From Paragordius varius (taxonomy: Eukaryota > Animalia > Nematomorpha): DNA of 64,000 nt. Position numbers and translations under genes: made by a program. Below, one piece after another: positions 1-12,468 of this stretch. The notes below the pieces were generated by a model. That model was not told where the DNA came from and did no database searches. It worked only from the letters and a program-made list of their open reading frames with translations. The stretch lies in NCBI GenBank assembly GCA_964247055.1, contig OZ176050.1:14012001-14076000 (forward strand). Direction: 5' to 3'. The first letter of the stretch is position 1. Each line of letters opens with the position of its first letter.

Positions 1-724
1 TCATTACTGTATTTCATCCCCTTATATTACGAAGTCAACCCAAACGTTATCAATGGATTTGTGATCTAAATGTAACTGTGGTTTACGAACTTTTTTACAT
101 TTCATGATTTAAATTAATATTTATATTTTCAAATTTTAATTTAAGCGTAAAAAAGGTGGTTTTAAGAGCCCTTTAATTTAGGAATGATTATGGTAGGAAC
201 TATATTGAAAACAAAAATAAAACGATTCCAAGAAAACCGGATTTTAAATTTTTTCAAATAAAACCACAATGGTTTGATAAATTTAAACCCGAAATCGGGT
301 GGTTTTGGCCAATTAAAACAAAATTTAATGGGTTTTATTTTAAGATGCTTTCTGTAATCTTATTACCCGTTTCAAACACTGGTTTGTTTATTTGTATGAG
401 AAATTGGGACTCCTTTAGGAAGTATGCATAGGGTGTTACAGATCTACCGTAAAATTCCGTAAATTACCATATCATTATTTAATTAGTAATATAAGCTTTT
501 AATAGTATTACATCTAAATAAGAGTAAAACCGAAATTTTCAAATTTTTTGGTTAATTTTTAATTGCTGATATATTAATTTCGTATGTTTGCTACCATATA
601 ATCAAGCGACCTTTAAAAATTTTGTAGGTCAAATAATTTACACAGGGAGTTGATTTAATAATACTAACGAACCTTTTTTCTGTTAACATAACTTTTTCTA
701 TCATATTTTTCCAACGGGTTAACC

Positions 725-1736
725 CAGTGGTACTCACCAAAAAAATTTGACGGGCCAAATAAAATATATTCTTTTTTGAGGGCCATAAACCTTATAATGG
801 CAAATATTCCAGAGCTATTTGACACATTGCACATATTTATACTCTGAGTCAGCACAATAAATTTTTTTCGGAGCGCATGTAAATCCAGCTAAAAACTCTT
901 TTTGACCATTTCGTTTAAAAAATTAAAATATTTTGATAACATCATTTAATTTTGATATTAACCCATAATTTTTGAATTTGATTTCGTCTCATGACAGGCC
1001 ACGTCGGCTATATGATCATCGGTTAAGCGATTTTTGTTTTTCTTGACATTTATTTTTGAATATGCCGTCTCACATGTGTAAGTTGAGGGAAAAACAGTTA
1101 GGATAACTGGAGCACATTTTTTATATTTTCATATTTATTTGGCACATCATGCCAAAATACATTTTCTTCTCTACGATTCTCATTTAATATAGCCCCCGAA
1201 TTGGAATCTATAATCATTGAATTCTTCAATGATTATAACCTGATCGAAACCAAAATGTTCAAGTTGTCTAAGATTAGATAAATTCATATGCCATGGATTT
1301 TCAACGAATGCTAAGCAATTTTAAATATTTTTTAATTCCTTAAATCTGAGTTTCATCTCATTGGATAAAAATGTTAGATGATTGTTTATTATTAAATTAA
1401 TCTCCGCGGGAAATTCCATATTTTTTCATTAATCGTTGTGAAAGGCTTGCTTAAACACAAAAAAGGAATGCAACAAACATTTCAAAATAGAAAACAAAAC
1501 AGAATACATTAGCAAAAACAACATGTGCCAAAATTTTAAAATCATTTTAATGTAGGGAAAATTTTCTACATTTGGGTAATAAAAATTAAGGAAAATAATT
1601 TAATAATAAATAACCAAAATTCGTTAGTATTTTATTACAATAAAAAAATAATTTAAGTATTAATATGGTCATAGGGCAATTTTAAATCACTTTTAGGGCC
1701 GCATGCGGCCCGCGGGCCGTGGTTTGAGTACCACTG
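725..1736. mobile_element. Non-autonomous hAT (Charlie-like) DNA transposon
   Basis: 12-bp TIR CAGTGGTACTCA at 725 and TGAGTACCACTG ending 1736; 8-bp TSD GGTTAACC (717-724) / GGTTAGCC (1737-1744), 7 of 8 identical; GC-rich subterminal GGGCCGCATGCGGCCCGCGGGCCG; no transposase ORF. Confidence 0.85.
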
Positions 1737-4700
1737 GGTTAGCCCATATGTATCCCAAACAAATGAATTTTATTTGTTAATTTTGCCATACAGAGCTATA
1801 TATGATTGTTAATTTTTTATAATTTCGTATTTTTTTGTTATCCTGTCCATGTTATATTATAGTTAAATATTATAAAAACGTTAATATTTTTGGTCATCCT
1901 TATTAATGGCCCATGACTCCCATATATAGGTTTTAGTCAAAGAGCATTTTTTATCGTTTTTAGTTTTAACTGTTTGTGCAAATTCCATTTTTAATGTAAT
2001 GGTGGTCATTTGTCTATAGCTATTACTTTTTATAATCTTGGGCTATATATCAGTCTACATATTTATAAACTAGGATAACATTAAAATTTTTGGTTTTTTA
2101 AAATATCGGACAGAATTTCTTGTCCTGGTTATTCTTTTATAAAATATGAATTTTAAATTGTGTAAACTTGAACATTTTTTAAATTGTAAGCTTTAAAACC
2201 ATTCGTTTATTTTATTTAAGATTGAACTCAATGAAAGGTGTTACTCATTTTTTGCCTATATAATTTATAATGCGTATCATTTATTATTATAATTATTCAT
2301 GAATATGCATGTTGACATGCAGTTGATGTATGATTCCGAAAAACCCTATGTAATTGAGTTACCCACATTGAATAAAATATGCCAACACCATAATCACTAT
2401 ACAATTAAAACTAATTCGATGCCAAACTCAAACAAATTTGAGTTGTTTGGTTGTTTTTAACTCTTTTACCATTTAAAGTCAAGTAATTGTTTTGCTCTTT
2501 CTAATCCCTCCCTGGGTAAGACACACGAATTTCATAAGTGTTCCCGTCAACAACATCATTTAAGGTAAAATTATATTTCGTGGTCTCAGCCTCAATCTAA
2601 ATTAATAAGAACAATATTTAAGATTCACTATTTTCCACATATATTATATGATTTATTTCAAGTTCATTTTAATTATTAATTAAATAAAATGCTGAAGATT
2701 TAACGACCAAACACATAAATCTATTTTAGCTGCAACATGAATTCTTTTCTTTTGGCTCAATAAAATAATTTTTAAAACCAGTTTAATTATATTTCGATTA
2801 AATGATTTACTCATCACATTCATCATTGAAAATTTATATAGGTAAACTAATTCATATATAACTAATTACTAAAAAGTTATCGTTTTAAATAAATAATTAC
2901 CTGATATTCTTTGACATTTATCAATTCATCTCGATTGATAACAATTAATGTAGCCTTTGTAAATAACAGGCTTATTCGTACAGTTGTGCAATCCACCAAT
3001 GTAAACTCAGCATCTTTATCCGAATAATCATAAACACCTAATAGTAATTGATTATGTTGCGCATATACCATTTAACATTTAAAACAAGAAAAAAAAATAG
3101 TTCTCACTGAAATTTCCAGTCAAATGATAAAATTCATATTTGATCGTTACGTAATTCGTTAGGGTATTTAAGGTTTGGAAACTATAATAACTTTGATTCA
3201 CCTACAATTATTACAAGAAGTTGAATTAAATTTTATAAGCTAATAGATATTAAAAATCACCGTTGTATTAATTGGATTAGAAAACCTATTGGTGATTTGG
3301 ACGGTATATGGCGTTTTACAGTCAGGCCATTTCAAAACTATTTGTGACTTTATGGAATCTATGGGTCTTATCACTACACGCATAGTTTGTAAAGCTTTAA
3401 TGTATCTTAATCGTTGGCAAACACCTATAACCATTCATAAATAATTAAAAAAATGAAATAATCAATAAAAAAGTGAGATTTGCTTTAACCTACCTTCGGG
3501 AACATCCTCTGTATATACTAAACGTAGAGCTTTTATATAGCTGGAAACTCCACATCTTTTTATCATTGAAATATTGTTTGCTTTGAGAGAATATTTTTCA
3601 TCACTCATATCTGCTAGTTTTCTTTCAGGTTCAGAATCTGAATCATTTGAAAAAGCGGAGCCTGATGATGAAGAAACTGTTTTCTCGATTGATGCCAAGA
3701 TCTTTTGTTCATTGTAAGATTTCCGCAAAAAATCATTGAATATTCTTAAATCAATAATAGTAGAAACAACATGGTACAATCCCAAATCATATTTGATGGT
3801 TAATTGGCCGTAGGAGAAATTTTTTGTCACATTTAGTTCATAAATCTATTTATGACCATATTACAAAATGTTATATAGCCAGCCACACGTCAACTCAATA
3901 ATTTACAACTGTGTAATTTTATTTTAAGGCTCTCTTCATCAGCATTTACCAATGGATGAAATCAAAATTAGGAATCTATTCCTCGTAAAAAGTTTATAAA
4001 AGTTTGCCATTTAGTAAAGTTAATAAACAACTAAGAAGCTCTCAACATATCAAGTAAGTTTTTGTTTAATAAAAAGAAAGATCATATGTTATTACTAACC
4101 CACACTGGTTACTTGGGCGCTAAAATTTGTCATGAAAATTCAAAGCAATACGATCAAATTAAGTAATTATAAATACGTATATGATGCCAAAAATAGAAAA
4201 AGAATCTGTTATCACAATAGGAAGAAGTTTGTACCGTTTTGTAAAATACCATTTAGTATGTTTAACTAATTTTCGCCATATAATATAAGAGCAGAATATC
4301 CATCCTATGATGTTAATATATTTAGAACGCAATGTTTACTTTTAAAAGAGTAGTCCAATTTAGTGGTCTGGTCTTTCGGAAAATATAAAGTAAATATAAC
4401 TTTATTTCGAAATTTTTATCGTGTATATATACTATATTTTGGTGTATAAACTTTAACTCTCTAACAAAAGAATATTTCATATACTGTACTCTATTTTTGC
4501 TTATCATCCGTATTCAACAGATATAACAAAATTCGATTTAACTTTTGAAATTCGTGGCCCCACCAAATAGCCCTTGAATCTTGATATATCACAATTTTTT
4601 GTTTGTAAATAAAATAGATTGGAAATAGACAATGCGGCTGTGTTGAAAATCAAAAACCATATACATTGGATGGTTAGATTTTAAACATAGCGACAAATTC

Positions 4701-4876
4701 TTAATTCGATTTGGAATTATAATACTGTTTGCTAAAAAGAGGGTTTTTTATAACAATATTTTTATGATATAGCTTATGACCATGAATTTGTTTGAAGAAT
4801 ATAAATTATTTTCGACACGTGAATAGTATAAAAATATGGAAATTTATTTAAAACGTATCATAGAATAAATAAAATT

Positions 4877-4915
4877 CGAACGGTTTCGGACATTTTAACG
4901 TGTGTCCGTCCTCAG
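4877..4915 (-). ncRNA. Minimal hammerhead-ribozyme-like motif (inverted copy)
   Basis: Reverse complement of the motif at 6415-6452, in the other palindrome arm. Confidence 0.55.
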
Positions 4916-5154
4916 CATAAAAAAAAAATAAAAATTATATAAAAATTAGGATGGATAAAATGGTGCTTTATATACAATTTTTAAAAACGTTTATTGTTGT
5001 TTCTTTTCTCGTAACAAATGATAAGTTAAAACCATTTGTCATTGAGAGTGGTTTAAACCATGTCAACAAACAATTAAATTTATAAACATATACTAAAAAA
5101 AAAAAAAAACACAAAGAACAACTTTGAGTGGAAAACAAAAGAGTCCATATGGAT

Positions 5155-5856
5155 TCAATCATCAAGAATGACTTTCCATATATCACTCATCTTTTGTCCC
5201 TCCTCTCGGTTAAAGTTGTTTCCTTTGAGAATCTCTAATGATTCCCGCGTAAGCCTTTGATTATTATTGAAAATTGTAATGCAACTGACATTGTCAAAGG
5301 AAACATTATGATTTTCCTTCCAACAATGTTCCGCAATACAACTCTTAAAATCTCCATTCTTTATGTTATACTTGTGTTCATTCAGGCGTGTTTTAACTTT
5401 CCTTGCGGTTTGGCCGATATATACCCTGCCACACTCGCATGGAACTTTATACACCCCTGGATAATTTAATTTGGATTTATTATTATTTGATAAAAAAGTT
5501 TTTAATTTAAGACCTGGTTTAAACCCCACACCAATGTCAAATTGCTTTAAAGTGTGAGCTATGCGATCGGTGATGTTCTGTATATATGGTAATGAAATAA
5601 AAAACTTATAATTTTTTGTGTTTTCTTTGGTATTATTTAGTGATAAAATTGCTCGATGGATATCGTTTGCAGAATATCCATTTTTTAAAAAGGTTTCCAC
5701 AAAACGCTCTGTTATAATATTCTTATTTGCATTATCTGTCAGTTTAAGCCGGCGAAAGATTTGATTTTTTAAAACATTCTTTTTTTGTAACGAGTTGTGG
5801 TAAGAACTTTTATGTAAATAGGTATTGGAATGAGTGGGTTTTTGATAAAAATCCAA
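5155..5856 (-). CDS. Penelope-like RT thumb plus GIY-YIG endonuclease (C-terminal fragment, 233 aa)
   Basis: FYQKPTHSNTYLH (PLE RT C-terminal motif) and GVYKVPCECGRVYIGQTARKVKTRLNEH (GIY-YIG with PLE-type Cys/His). Confidence 0.9.
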   Translation of the reverse strand: MDFYQKPTHSNTYLHKSSYHNSLQKKNVLKNQIFRRLKLTDNANKNIITERFVETFLKNGYSANDIHRAILSLNNTKENTKNYKFFISLPYIQNITDRIAHTLKQFDIGVGFKPGLKLKTFLSNNNKSKLNYPGVYKVPCECGRVYIGQTARKVKTRLNEHKYNIKNGDFKSCIAEHCWKENHNVSFDNVSCITIFNNNQRLTRESLEILKGNNFNREEGQKMSDIWKVILDD

Positions 5857-5872
5857 ATTAAATTATCCAGGG

Positions 5873-6172
5873 GTGTATAAAGTTCCATGCGAGTGTGGCA
5901 GGGTATATATCGGCCAAACCGCAAGGAAAGTTAAAACACGCCTGAATGAACACAAGTATAACATAAAGAATGGAGATTTTAAGAGTTGTATTGCGGAACA
6001 TTGTTGGAAGGAAAATCATAATGTTTCCTTTGACAATGTCAGTTGCATTACAATTTTCAATAATAATCAAAGGCTTACGCGGGAATCATTAGAGATTCTC
6101 AAAGGAAACAACTTTAACCGAGAGGAGGGACAAAAGATGAGTGATATATGGAAAGTCATTCTTGATGATTGA
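5873..6172 (+). pseudogene. Inverted duplicate of the Penelope GIY-YIG endonuclease region
   Basis: ORF track translation is identical to the C-terminus of the 5155-5856 ORF, apart from the alternative start codon. Confidence 0.85.
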
Positions 6173-6414
6173 ATCCATATGGACTCTTTTGTTTTCCACT
6201 CAAAGTTGTTCTTTGTGTTTTTTTTTTTTTTTTTAGTATATGTTTATAAATTTAATTGTTTGTTGACATGGTTTAAACCACTCTCAATGACAAATGGTTT
6301 TAACTTATCATTTGTTACGAGAAAAGAAACAACAATAAACGTTTTTAAAAATTGTATATAAAGCACCATTTTATCCATCCTAATTTTTATATAATTTTTA
6401 TTTTTTTTTTTATG

Positions 6415-6452
6415 CTGAGGACGGACACACGTTAAAATGTCCGAAACCGTTC
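6415..6452 (+). ncRNA. Minimal hammerhead-ribozyme-like motif (PLE-associated), possibly degenerate
   Basis: CTGAGGA-C-GGACA(loop)TGTCC-GAAAC-CGTT: core CUGANGA and GAAA flank a perfect 5-bp stem II in the PLE 3' region; stems I and III pair poorly. Confidence 0.55.
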
Positions 6453-7609
6453 GAATTTTATTTATTCTATGATACGTTTTAAATAAATTTCCATATTTTT
6501 ATGAATTTGTTTGCCACAAAATTTTAATTTGTTGACGACCTAGTTTTAAGTATTAAGAGAAAATGATTGGGCAAAAAGTGAAGATAGAATAATTAAGAAT
6601 AATTCAAATAATGAAAAAACTAAAATCTTATAGATGGGGTTTATTGTATCAGTTCAAAAATGGCGTTTTTATTTTAACATACTTAAAAGGCAAATTTTAT
6701 TTTATAACTATATTAAAATAATATTTTTTAATTACTAGCTAAACTTACTAATAAAATCTTAACATTCATATTTTATTCAATTAAAAAACTTATTTCAACA
6801 AAGGAAAGTAAAAAATTGTTTTTTATTTTTCATTTTGCCTGGTATACTGTTTTATTTTGGAATCTTACATGAGTGGCAATTATATAGTATATAATTTATG
6901 CAAAACACCGATTTCAATTTTCTCTAAATATTTTAAAAACATGGTCGTTAACAAATAAAAATTTTGCGGAAAATGAATTAGCTGGTCATAAGCTATCTCA
7001 TGTAAAAAAAAATTTTTGCGCACAGTATAATTTTAAAATATTAAAAGCCAAAAAACTGAAATGATGAAAGCCTCAAAATTTAGAATAAAAAAATGCATAT
7101 ATAAACTATTTAGAAAAATAAATTACATTTTTCCATGCCAGGTTTGTCAGGTTATTATCCGAATGATATTGAACAAAAACTTCTGAGTCTGGGATTTGAA
7201 GCCATTGTATATGAGCTCCTGTAAATGCCTCATTACAAATTTTGCTACCATAATTAGTTAATGATTTCCGGTTGTATTTCAATTCGACTATAAGCAAATT
7301 ATTTTACTTATGCAGTCAATTATAATGAAAATTTGTTTATAAGGCCTTAAAACGTATATTTAAGGGGCAGTTTTGTTTGAAAGGCTTAATATAATAACTT
7401 ATTATTTTTAAGACATGTAATCTTGTTACATGGAAAAAAATGCTTTCTATAAAATCCGAAATCGTTGTATAAATTATTTACATAACTGGATTGGAAAAAA
7501 AATATTTTAGAAAGGTAAAAGTTAAAAATTTCCAAAATCGCGTAAATAACTAATATTTTATTATTTATGGGCCAATTTTCACTAATACAAACACTTTTTT
7601 TAAAATAAA

Positions 7610-7614
<5 letters not shown>

Positions 7615-7661
<47 letters not shown>
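7615..7661. repeat. (TA)n microsatellite
   Basis: Pure AT dinucleotide run; further runs near 8161-8188, 8211-8240, 8311-8337, 11786-11812 and 48156-48184. Confidence 0.95.
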
Positions 7662-7664
<3 letters not shown>

Positions 7665-7673
7665 GAAAAATGC

Positions 7674-8157
7674 ATCAGGATTTTAATGGTGCTTTTGGTT
7701 TTGGGCCTTACGAGTGAATTGAAAGATTCCAAAATTTGCACACATTATGTTAAAGAAAAGTTTTTGGTGAATGCTAAACATTTATTCCAAAATTTTTAAT
7801 ATAAATCATAATGTATATTAAAAAAGCACAACAATAATACCATAAAATTTGATGTTATGTGTGCTCCGTACGCAAAAATATCGAGATATGAAAAATTTCA
7901 ATATAAACAAATTAAGATATTATAAATTATTTTAAGTTAAATTTTGTTTTTAACAAAATTTTGTGTGAGCATATTTTTTGTCTTAAAAAGAGTGATGTAA
8001 AAGAGTATGAAAAATATATTTAATAACACTTTTTCGATATAATTCTATGATGCAAAACGTTAAAATCACCTCAGTAAATTTGCCTTTAAATTGAAGGTAA
8101 ATATAATATGTTTTTACAAAAAACCTATGGTTTAAAACCAAAAGCACTATGATAATC

Positions 8158-8162
<5 letters not shown>
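7674..8162. mobile_element. MITE-like element with 29-bp inverted ends next to (TA)n tracts
   Basis: ATCAGGATTTTAATGGTGCTTTTGGTTTT (7674-7702) versus reverse complement of 8134-8162, 3 mismatches; related ends recur near 8745 and 28231. Confidence 0.55.
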
Positions 8163-8191
<29 letters not shown>

Positions 8192-8205
8192 CGAATTTCT
8201 AATTT

Positions 8206-8242
<37 letters not shown>

Positions 8243-8305
8243 AATAATAATTATTGGTAAATTCAAGGTGTACTTCAAAACCCTTGCTACATATTATATT
8301 ATATT

Positions 8306-8342
<37 letters not shown>

Positions 8343-11300
8343 GAATCTCGCGTGTTTAATAAACGTGTTATTGTTTGAAAATCCCAAGTCGTACAAAACA
8401 TTACCATCATACTTCATGAGAATAAGATTCCTTTTCCACTAAAAGATACATTGGTAATTTACAAAACCCGTATTAAAGTTTATAAAAAATCAAAATTTTA
8501 TATGTCATATATTTAAGTATCCAATCGACACACGATTATAAATATGGCTTTAGGTGAAAATTAAATAAATCCATACCCCTTCAATATTTACAAAAAATTT
8601 TAACTTGCAATCGTATTAAAATATTATTTCAAAAATAATATTATGCTAATTGTAGAGGTGAAGAAAATCTCAAATTTAAATAATGCTAAATAATTGAAAC
8701 ATGTAAAGACAGTGTAAAAAATGGATAAAAATTCTATGGATAATGCATCAGCATTGTAATGGTGCTTTTATTTTAGCCTTGCGAATGATGTAAAGTTACA
8801 ACTATTTTGTTGAAATTGTTATAAAGTGCAAAATAGCAAAATTTGCGCACAAAAATCTTCTTGATGAATAATGCTTCACCTCAGACATAAATGTTTAATT
8901 AACTATAATAATATAGCAAAAATATTTTTATTAAATGTGAGATTTACTTATATTTCCCTCTTAAATAGGCTATTACAAGAATAACAAGCGCGATAAGAGT
9001 TTTTTATATATGGGAGATTATGACACACCAAAAACGTTATTTTGATATGGTTTGTCGACACATATTTACAATGTTTTTAAGGATAGAAAGAATGTTTAGA
9101 CTTATAGTGTAAAGTGTTTAATGCACTAATTCGACAACGCTGAACATTTCGAGCACCTCGATTAAAACATCTGTTTCACATTTAGTTAGATATAAATTAT
9201 GTTAAAAGATAATCAAATTTGAATATTATTATTCTGTGACAAAATTTCTTATCGAATTCTTTAGAAAAGTAATATTTTGAAGAACGCTTGGACGTTTTGC
9301 TAAAATTTAATTTTTTATACAAGGTATGCCATTTCAACAATATTTTTTCGTTGTCATATTGTAGCATATATTAAAAATTTTATCGCACAATCTCATTTTT
9401 ATGCTTATTAAAAACTAGCCCATTGAGGATGCCTATAATTTGCGACTGTCCGAACACTACTCAAAATTATATATCTATAGATATTTTTCCTATACTATCA
9501 TGGTTTTCGTATAAAGCGTTTAGCTTTCATAAATAATTATACTCAGAATAATGTGCTTAAATTCGATGTATTCCTTATAATTACTAGAAAATGCAATAAA
9601 TCACTCCTAACCAAAAATTCCATGAGATTCTTGTTTATCTGTCAAAATTTGTAGATCCCATTTTTACATAATGTTTACACTAAACAATTTATCGTTTAAA
9701 AAACATGTTTTGTGGAATTTAATAAAAATTATATAAAAATGACCTCATGAGTTCGGGTTTCACATTTAGAACCAAATTTTAAACTCAAACTCCTAACCAT
9801 TAAAACAGATTCTGTGCTTGAAGGTTGTTCATTCTTAATAATTAGGACTTGTTTGGTTTCGCTTGATACATAATATTGGATCAATTTGTTTTCTAAACAA
9901 GTAATAATGGAAATTGTTCATCATTATAATTAATTTTTATTTTAAATTAAATTTAACTTTCAACCGTATAATCTTTCGAAAGTTTCTTTCTTGTTTCCGT
10001 AAATGTCAAATACTCTTACTTGTATCTTAAAGGTACCAACGTAAGGAAATCGCAATGTTATATTATCTGACATGGTCTAAATTTATGTTAAATAAATTTT
10101 ATTTTATAAAACAAATTTATTTTTATCAAAATTACTTCATATATCACAAGATCTGATCCTGCATCTGAAATTTTCCACATAAAATAATGCAAATAGGCAG
10201 TAGGACCCACTAAAGTTTTGAGTGTTGGATTGTGCATGGCCCATACAATACTAATGTTATTGTTAACTATTGTGCATAATGAAATAAATTAAATTTTCCC
10301 TAGTCTAAATGACGACCGAATTGTTTGTAAAATAGGGTTGATCAAAAAATTGATATATTTATTAATTATAGCATACCATCGATGTGATAATAGTTTAAAG
10401 GGGAGTTTTGCCCAGAAACTTCGGTAATATATTTGTTTTGTATTGGTAAGTTTGTGGTACTCCAATAATTTCCCTATAAATTGTATTTTGTAAAAAAAAT
10501 AAAATCAATCGCACTTTAACTCCCTACTTTTGTCTAATGTGATCACTTATTTTAACCGGTAAAAATTAATGACTTGACCTGGTATGTAATGAAAATTTGG
10601 TTTAAAGCATTAGGCTCTATCAAATTTAACAAAACTGCTCGTAAGAGCGGCATGATATATAATCAATATAACTTGATTGCAAAAAATAATTACTGGTTTT
10701 CGCGTGATGGATTCTTTCTCATCGAAGAAATACAAATCAGACGTCATTTTGGCTAAGGCCTAAGTAAATAAATTATAATGAGTTAATTTCGCTATTATAA
10801 TGTTTAACTTTAATTAAATAAGTTGCTGATTACTTGGAAATGCATAGTAGTTGTCTCATTAACTCTTTCCATTTTTATGTTCAAATGAGGCTTGTGAGCT
10901 AAATTTGAAATTATTTTAAATAATTATATTGTAATCTTATAGCTTTCACGAAATCATTCGCGATCAGAAGCACCAGGCAATGATGGTGGCATTTGGTTTT
11001 TGAGATTAATATTAATATAAGTTTAGAGCATAACATTACGGATGATTTACGGATGGTAATATATTTATATAGATTTTCATTGCGCTATTAGTCCTGATAA
11101 GCAAATGTTTAAGTATCTCTTGTTTATAAATTAGGTTATGCTAAAATTCTTAGGCATAAGAACACTTGCGATTATAATTTTAAACATAAAAGATGAACAT
11201 TTTAACAAGGCAACAGATATAGAGATTATTTTAATTTACATTGATCTACGTATTTTCAGCTTTTAAAAGTTTCCTTTAACACTTCGTGATCTTTTGGGGT

Positions 11301-11781
11301 AGTTTTATTCAAAGAATTTAAAATTTATTTTAGTATTTACGATTACACCGAACTTAAAAATTTTTCCTTATTAGCTTTCAAGACAAATGCTTCATAAATT
11401 ATTTTTTATAAAATGTGAAAATACAATAACCTAATCTCAAACTTTTGCAGCAATATACTAGGCAAATAATGTATATTATTGTTAAAAATGTAAATAATTA
11501 TTTTTGAGAGACCTTATTACATTTTACCAGCAAAACTAAATATTTCTTGTTAATTGAGCTGTTAACAATCGTGTTTTGGGTTTTTGACACTTTGAACTAG
11601 AAGTTAAACTGTAAAAAATATATTTTTTATGTAATGCAGAACAATGTTAGATAATTACATTTAAACTAAAATAATATTTAAATTTTTTATTTACATTGAC
11701 CTCTGGGATTTAAACTACCCCATATGTCATTCCGAACAAAAAATGAAAAGGTCATGAAGTGTTAAATTAATTTTGAGCAAC

Positions 11782-11817
<36 letters not shown>

Positions 11818-12468
11818 CTATAATGTAATTTATCAACAGTATATGATTTTCCATTGTTATCAGTAAACTTTGCTTCTATATCGTAATCCATGCCATTTTT
11901 CAAAGTTACCAAAATATTTCGAGAGTTTCCCTAACGTTAAAAAGGAAAAAATATGTTATCCATACATATAATCAAAAAATATTTTTCAAAGTATTTATAT
12001 CTACCTTAAAGTTTTATGACTTATTTTGTGAGTCGGTCGCAATAATCAAATATTCACGATTTTCAGCATCTCCTGACATAGCTTTTGCAACGGATGGCTC
12101 CACAAAGTATACATAAGTGTCCGAATCTTTATGATGTATAAAAATTTTTACACCCTTAGTTTGATAATAATTTATGGACTCGTCTTGGACTGCCGAAATG
12201 ATCCCTTCACTAGTTTTCTCAATCTAAAACCATACCATGTAAATATGTATTATTTTTTATGATAGTTTTTAATTTTAAAAACTGGAGTCAAATGCATATT
12301 AATAGAATTACCTTATCGGATAAAATTTCATGGTTACCACTTGAAGAGATAGCATACACAAAGTATAAAAGATGAATAAACAATGTCAATATTTTTAACA
12401 TGTTTTATTTAAAAAAAATTGGAAATGGAAAATAAAATAAATTCAGATTGGAGGGTTATTCGTTTTAT

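Larger units (their letters stand above)
4828..6502. mobile_element. Penelope-like element (5'-truncated) with inverted duplication; about 650-bp arms around a 370-bp spacer
   Basis: 4828 to about 5478 is the reverse complement of about 5849-6502; minus-strand ORF encodes RT C-terminus plus GIY-YIG endonuclease; inverted pseudo-LTR arrangements are known in PLEs. Confidence 0.9.
2400..12223 (-). pseudogene. Decayed multi-exon gene of unknown family with repeated beta-rich (FN3/Ig/PKD-like?) modules
   Basis: AG..GT-bounded exons with mostly open frames and several phase-compatible joins: 12223-12005 (IEKTSEG..., one internal TAA), 11930-11819 (GNSRNILVTLKNGMDYDIEAKFTDNNGKSYTVDKLHY), 10076-9965 (TMSDNITLRFPYVGTFKIQVRVFDIYGNKKETFERLY), 9892-9744, 8438-8342, 7287-7127, 3845 to about 3490, and about 2596-2420 (IEAETTKYNFTLNDVVDGNTYEIRVSYP, then a stop). 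Stops or frameshifts in several exons. Fold is inferred only from alternating hydrophobic patterns; that all exons belong to one gene is also inference. Confidence 0.55.

Noticed and set aside
8187-8442. Plus-strand ORFs rich in YI repeats
   Set aside because: Translation of (TA)n microsatellites; the plausible exon here is on the minus strand (8438-8342).
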